Source of the DNA: an uncultured Acidobacteriota bacterium
GTDB taxonomy: Bacteria; Acidobacteriota; UBA6911; RPQK01; JAPXNP01
Assembly: GCA_963777605.1 (NCBI GenBank)
Contig: CAVZRV010000030.1
Span: forward strand, 192,001-256,000
DNA: 64,000 bases
Reading direction: 5' to 3'
Below the pieces are notes generated by a model. It had not been told where the DNA came from, did not search any database, and saw only the letters and a list, made by a program, of their open reading frames with translations. Position numbers and translations under genes: made by a program. This document shows positions 59,283-64,000 of the stretch, piece after piece; within the stretch, counting starts at the first letter, position 1, and every line of letters starts with the position of its first letter.

Positions 59283-59365
59283 AATAGCAGGAATAGCGAT
59301 TCAGAACTCGGCGAGCGCTGGTCCCATCCGACGTCTTGACGGTTGGCGGCAGCACATCCGGGAAC

Positions 59366-59394
59366 TTGTCCGAAATCTCTGGAATAGTTAGAAT
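59366..59394 (+). promoter_or_regulatory. sigma70 promoter of the gap-pgk-tpiA operon
   Basis: TTGTCC-N17-TAGAAT. Confidence 0.6.
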
Positions 59395-59486
59395 TGAGGC
59401 TGTTCGAAAACTAGACGTATGCGTGCTCGAACCCAGTTCGGCCGAGTCGAGCGCTGTACTGAAGACGTGAATATCGGCCGGAGTAG

Positions 59487-60509
<1,023 letters not shown>

Positions 60510-60513
60510 TTCA

Positions 60514-61713
60514 ATGTCAGCGAAGAAAATCTCGAAGAAGTCCGTTCGCGATCTCGATTTGAGAGGCAAGCAGGTCTTCATTCGGGTGGACTTCAACGTT
60601 CCTATCAGCGATGGGAAGGTTGGTGACGACACCCGGATCCAGGCCGCGCTGCCGACGATTCGGCTGGTCAAGGAGCAGGGCGGGCGACTGATCCTGGCGT
60701 CCCATCTGGGGCGCCCCAAGGGAGAGGCCAGGCCGGAGTTTTCCCTGGCGCCGGTCGTCCGGCGGCTTTCCGAATTGCTCGGTGAGAAAGTCGCTTTCGT
60801 TGATGACTGTGTGGGAGAAAAGGTCGAGGCGGCGGTTTCCCGGCTGAAGGATGGGGACGTTCTCGTTCTCGAGAACGTTCGCTTCCACAACGGTGAGACC
60901 AAGAATGATCCCGCCTTTGCCGCCCGGCTGGCGGCTCTGGCCGACGAGTACGTCAACGATGCTTTCGGTACCGCTCACCGGGCTCACGCCTCTACGGTTG
61001 GGGTCCCCCAGATTTTGGGACGCGGTGCCGCCGGCTTGTTGATCGACAAGGAACTGGACGCCCTGGGGAGAGTCCTCTACGGGGCCGAAAGTCCGGTTGT
61101 CGCCATTTTCGGCGGGGCCAAAGTTTCCGACAAGATCGAAGTCATCGACAACTTTCTGCGCCTGGCCGACCGGATTCTCCTCGGTGGTGGAATGGCCTTC
61201 ACCTTCTACAAGGCCCAAGGGAAGGAAATCGGCAAGTCCCTTCTGGAGGCGGACAAGCTCGATGTGGCCCGCAAGTTCCTGGAGGATGCCGAAGCGCAGA
61301 AGGTTGATTTCGCGCTGCCCACCGACGTGGTCGTTGCGCCCGCTATCGAAGAGGGTGTGGAAACCAAGGTGGTCAGTTCGGACGAAATCCCTGCCGACTG
61401 GATGGGACTCGATATCGGACCGGAAACCGTGGCAACTTTCAAATCCAAACTTGTCGGGGCCAAGACAGTGATCTGGAATGGCCCGCTGGGCGTCTTTGAG
61501 ATGGCTCAGTTCGCCAAAGGCACCCTTGGTATTGCCGAGGCGGTGGCTAACTGCGGCGCCTTCACTCTGATCGGCGGCGGAGACTCGGTTTCCGCAGTCA
61601 AGAAGGCGGGTGTCGCGGACAAGATCTCTCACATCTCAACTGGCGGTGGCGCCTCGCTCGAGTTTCTCTCGGGCAAGGAGCTGCCTGGAATAGCGATCCT
61701 TACGGATAAGTAA
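60514..61713 (+). CDS. pgk: Phosphoglycerate kinase
   Basis: RVDFNVP, SHLGRPKG, NDAFGTAHRAH, GGAKVSDK, STGGGASLE. Confidence 0.99.
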   Translation: MSAKKISKKSVRDLDLRGKQVFIRVDFNVPISDGKVGDDTRIQAALPTIRLVKEQGGRLILASHLGRPKGEARPEFSLAPVVRRLSELLGEKVAFVDDCVGEKVEAAVSRLKDGDVLVLENVRFHNGETKNDPAFAARLAALADEYVNDAFGTAHRAHASTVGVPQILGRGAAGLLIDKELDALGRVLYGAESPVVAIFGGAKVSDKIEVIDNFLRLADRILLGGGMAFTFYKAQGKEIGKSLLEADKLDVARKFLEDAEAQKVDFALPTDVVVAPAIEEGVETKVVSSDEIPADWMGLDIGPETVATFKSKLVGAKTVIWNGPLGVFEMAQFAKGTLGIAEAVANCGAFTLIGGGDSVSAVKKAGVADKISHISTGGGASLEFLSGKELPGIAILTDK

Positions 61714-61725
61714 GAAGGGGGATAG

Positions 61726-62478
61726 ATGGCACGGAAACCCGTGATTGCTGGAAACTGGAAAATGTTCAAGACCCAGCCTGAGGTTGCCCGTACCATTCAG
61801 GGTCTCCGCGAGAAAGTGGATGGTCATTCGGCGGTGGAGGTGGTGGTTTGCCCCACCTCCACCGGCTTGGCCGCCGCCGCAGAAGCCTTGAAGGGTTCGA
61901 CGATTGGGCTCGGCGCACAGAACGTGCACTGGGCCGACGAGGGCGCATATACCGGTGAGATTTCAGTCTCCATGCTTCAGGACGCAGGCTGCCAGTATGT
62001 CATTCTGGGTCACTCGGAACGCAGGCAGTACTTTCACGAGACCGATGAACTCATCGCTAAGAAACTTCAGAAGGTCTTGACGACCAGCCTGACCCCGATC
62101 CTGTGCGTCGGGGAGATGCTCCAGGAGAGGGAAGCCGGGCGCGTCGAAGAGGTAATTCTGGGGCAGTTGAAGGGCGACCTGGCCGGATTGACAGAGGAGC
62201 AGGTATCCCGTATTATCGTCGCTTACGAACCGGTCTGGGCAATCGGAACGGGCAGAACTGCGACTCCTGAGGTCGCAGAAGAAGTCCACCGAATGATCCG
62301 TGAATGGCTTCGGAACACCTACTCGGAAAGTCTTTCGGGAGGTTTGCGTATTCTGTATGGAGGCAGCGTGAAGCCCGGCAATACTGCCGAGCTCATGGCT
62401 CAGCCTGATATTGATGGTGCGTTGGTTGGAGGCGCCAGTCTTGATGCCGACTCCTTCGCTCGAATTGTTAAATACTGA
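61726..62478 (+). CDS. tpiA: Triosephosphate isomerase
   Basis: AGNWKM, GHSERR, AYEPVWAIGTG, LYGGSV, LVGGASL. Confidence 0.99.
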   Translation: MARKPVIAGNWKMFKTQPEVARTIQGLREKVDGHSAVEVVVCPTSTGLAAAAEALKGSTIGLGAQNVHWADEGAYTGEISVSMLQDAGCQYVILGHSERRQYFHETDELIAKKLQKVLTTSLTPILCVGEMLQEREAGRVEEVILGQLKGDLAGLTEEQVSRIIVAYEPVWAIGTGRTATPEVAEEVHRMIREWLRNTYSESLSGGLRILYGGSVKPGNTAELMAQPDIDGALVGGASLDADSFARIVKY

Positions 62479-62483
62479 ATCTC

Positions 62484-62894
62484 ATGTATTACATACTCTT
62501 GCTGTTCCATCTGATTGCATCCATTGTGCTTATCCTGGTGGTTTTGCTGCAGTCCGGTAAAGCGGGCGACTTGGCCTCTGCGTTCGGAGGAACTTCGAGC
62601 CAGACCGCTTTCGGGGCCCGCAGCGCCGCGACCGTCTTGACCAAGGCGACCGCTGCAGCCGCAATCGTGTTCGTGCTGACCTCGCTTGGCCTGGCCATCT
62701 ATTACAGCCGGGGTACCGAGTCGACGATCATGGACACGGCCAATCCCACCACGCAAAGCCAGCCGGCTGCAACTCAGGCACCGGCCGCGACACCACAGAC
62801 GCCGGCGGCTCAACCCGAGCAAACGCCGCCGCCTGCCGGTGGTGGTCAGCAACAGCAGGAGACGCCTCCTCCGGCTAACGGCGGAGGTCAGTAG
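62484..62894 (+). CDS. secG: Preprotein translocase subunit SecG with a Pro/Gln/Ala-rich tail
   Basis: VLLQSGK..DLASAFGG, TVLTKAT; conserved tpiA-secG-tRNA-Leu order. Confidence 0.95.
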   Translation: MYYILLLFHLIASIVLILVVLLQSGKAGDLASAFGGTSSQTAFGARSAATVLTKATAAAAIVFVLTSLGLAIYYSRGTESTIMDTANPTTQSQPAATQAPAATPQTPAAQPEQTPPPAGGGQQQQETPPPANGGGQ

Positions 62895-62905
62895 GTCTTG
62901 ACAGT

Positions 62906-62993
62906 GCCGGAGTGGTGGAACATGGCAGACACACCATCTTGAGGGGGTGGCGCCCGAAAGGGTGTGCGGGTTCAAATCCCGCCTCCGGCACCA
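62906..62993 (+). tRNA. tRNA-Leu (anticodon GAG)
   Basis: GCCGGAG acceptor stem pairs with CTCCGGC-A-CCA; anticodon arm CCATC-TTGAGGG-GGTGG; long variable arm; GGTTCAAATCC T-loop. Confidence 0.97.
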
Positions 62994-63010
62994 GCCAATT
63001 ATTCGTGTTG

Positions 63011-63053
63011 AAAAGCAAAGGGGTTGGCGCAGCGCCAACCCCTTTGCTTTTTT
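63011..63053 (+). terminator. Rho-independent terminator, probably bidirectional
   Basis: AAAAGCAAAGGGGTTGGCG-CAG-CGCCAACCCCTTTGCTTTTTT long perfect stem with A and T tails. Confidence 0.92.
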
Positions 63054-63274
63054 GGGATGCGGAGCTGAAACGTTCCGCTTTAAACCCCGCCCGCCCGGCA
63101 GCACTCCACGGACGCAGGCCCGGTGTGGGCCAGCCTCTGTGTCCCTGCCGGTCCCGCGGACAACTATTCCCCAGGTCCGTCACTCCAAATTGTGAGAAGC
63201 TCTCGCTCGTGACGAGAGGGAACCTTCGGATTTTTCAAGCTGCCTCTTCATTCGGGCTGCTATAATTCGCCGGC

Positions 63275-64000
63275 ATGATCGGCCGAATTCTCGTGCTGAC
63301 GCTCGTCGCCTCGTTCACGATCTCCTGCGGGCCCCGGGAACACTCGATTTCATATGTGCGGACTGGAAATCGCATCGAGCTGGTGGGGGAAATTTCCTTT
63401 GAAGGGCCGCTCGAGATGGAGATTAGAAGTCAGCGGAATCATCGGGTCAGCAGGCTTTCGGACCGAGTTCCAGGGGATCAACCCGCTCCCGGGTCGCCTG
63501 CTTCGGGCCGCGAGATCTGGTTTCCGGTTGTCGATATTGAATTGAGCCCAGACCTTGAGGCGGTGGCTGAATTTGACGGAGTTTCAACGTTCGACAGGGC
63601 AAGTTGGAACGGGAACTTCTGGAGAAATAGCGTCCCTTTACGCCCTCGAAACGTGTTCAGCGACAAGATCGAACACTGGGAAAACGGTCTCTATGTGGAG
63701 TCGAGTACCGCTGAACTGCGGGAATTCTATCTTCGCAAAACGATTCCTGATGGCGCCGGGCAATGGCCGGCGTTTCGCTCCCTGACAGACGACTGGGCCG
63801 GCAATGTCCGCCTCTTCCGAACGAGCGGAGGCGATCGGGAAGAAGTCGCCTCTTTAGAAATATCACTTCCGACGCGCGAAGCTTGTGCCCCCGTTTCTGG
63901 GGATTCAGAAAAAGAGGTGACTGACGCGATTTTGGCGGACATCGAATTCCTCCTTCGATGTCGAAATGTGAACCCGAGAAGTCCAACGTTCGGCGGCTTG
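63275..64000 (+). CDS. Hypothetical lipoprotein, truncated by the window end (absent from the supplied ORF track)
   Basis: ATG 63275 gives MIGRILVLTLVASFTISCGPRE...; lipobox-like TISC; frame open to 64000; TATAAT 8 nt upstream. Confidence 0.75.
   Translation, partial: MIGRILVLTLVASFTISCGPREHSISYVRTGNRIELVGEISFEGPLEMEIRSQRNHRVSRLSDRVPGDQPAPGSPASGREIWFPVVDIELSPDLEAVAEFDGVSTFDRASWNGNFWRNSVPLRPRNVFSDKIEHWENGLYVESSTAELREFYLRKTIPDGAGQWPAFRSLTDDWAGNVRLFRTSGGDREEVASLEISLPTREACAPVSGDSEKEVTDAILADIEFLLRCRNVNPRSPTFGGL

Noticed and set aside
62730-62894. Pro/Gln/Ala/Thr-rich SecG C-terminal extension
   Set aside because: Disordered SecG tails are common, and there is no exact tandem repeat.
62906-63100. 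Genomic island or prophage attachment at tRNA-Leu
   Set aside because: No integrase and no duplicated tRNA 3' end seen in the window; a normal terminator follows.

Overview
Gene-dense, GC-rich (roughly 60-63% by eye) bacterial chromosomal segment from a diderm organism (TolC, LpxL-like acyltransferase, lipoproteins). The gene repertoire resembles Acidobacteriota, which is an inference. It holds about 58 CDSs, a tRNA-Leu(GAG) after gap-pgk-tpiA-secG, and several terminators and promoters. I saw no CRISPR array, integrase, transposase or prophage. The main blocks are: nnr; M48 protease; TolC; pilD-comEA; a bacillithiol locus (aldolase-bshC-phosphoglycosyl transferase-bshB1-bshA) facing an O-methyltransferase; a SIS/MetE-like/MBL/Tat-TIM-barrel operon; a short sucA; an amino-sugar uptake and deacetylase block; two MCPs; an S9 peptidase-FGE fusion broken by a 1-nt frameshift; a GH9 lipoprotein; DUF134-NifX-like genes; a ceramidase/Tat-aminotransferase/YfhO/SGNH operon; a minor type IV pilin cluster; and an HDOD hybrid kinase. 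I cannot prove a new system from sequence alone. The best leads are: (1) the bacillithiol operon with an embedded aldolase and phosphoglycosyl transferase plus an adjacent methyltransferase, possibly making a modified thiol; (2) a GH9 with both catalytic positions substituted; (3) Tat-exported versions of normally cytoplasmic sugar enzymes; (4) a 14-bp palindromic operator in front of DUF134; (5) matching sigma28-type promoters on both MCPs; (6) repeated leaderless-gene architecture.
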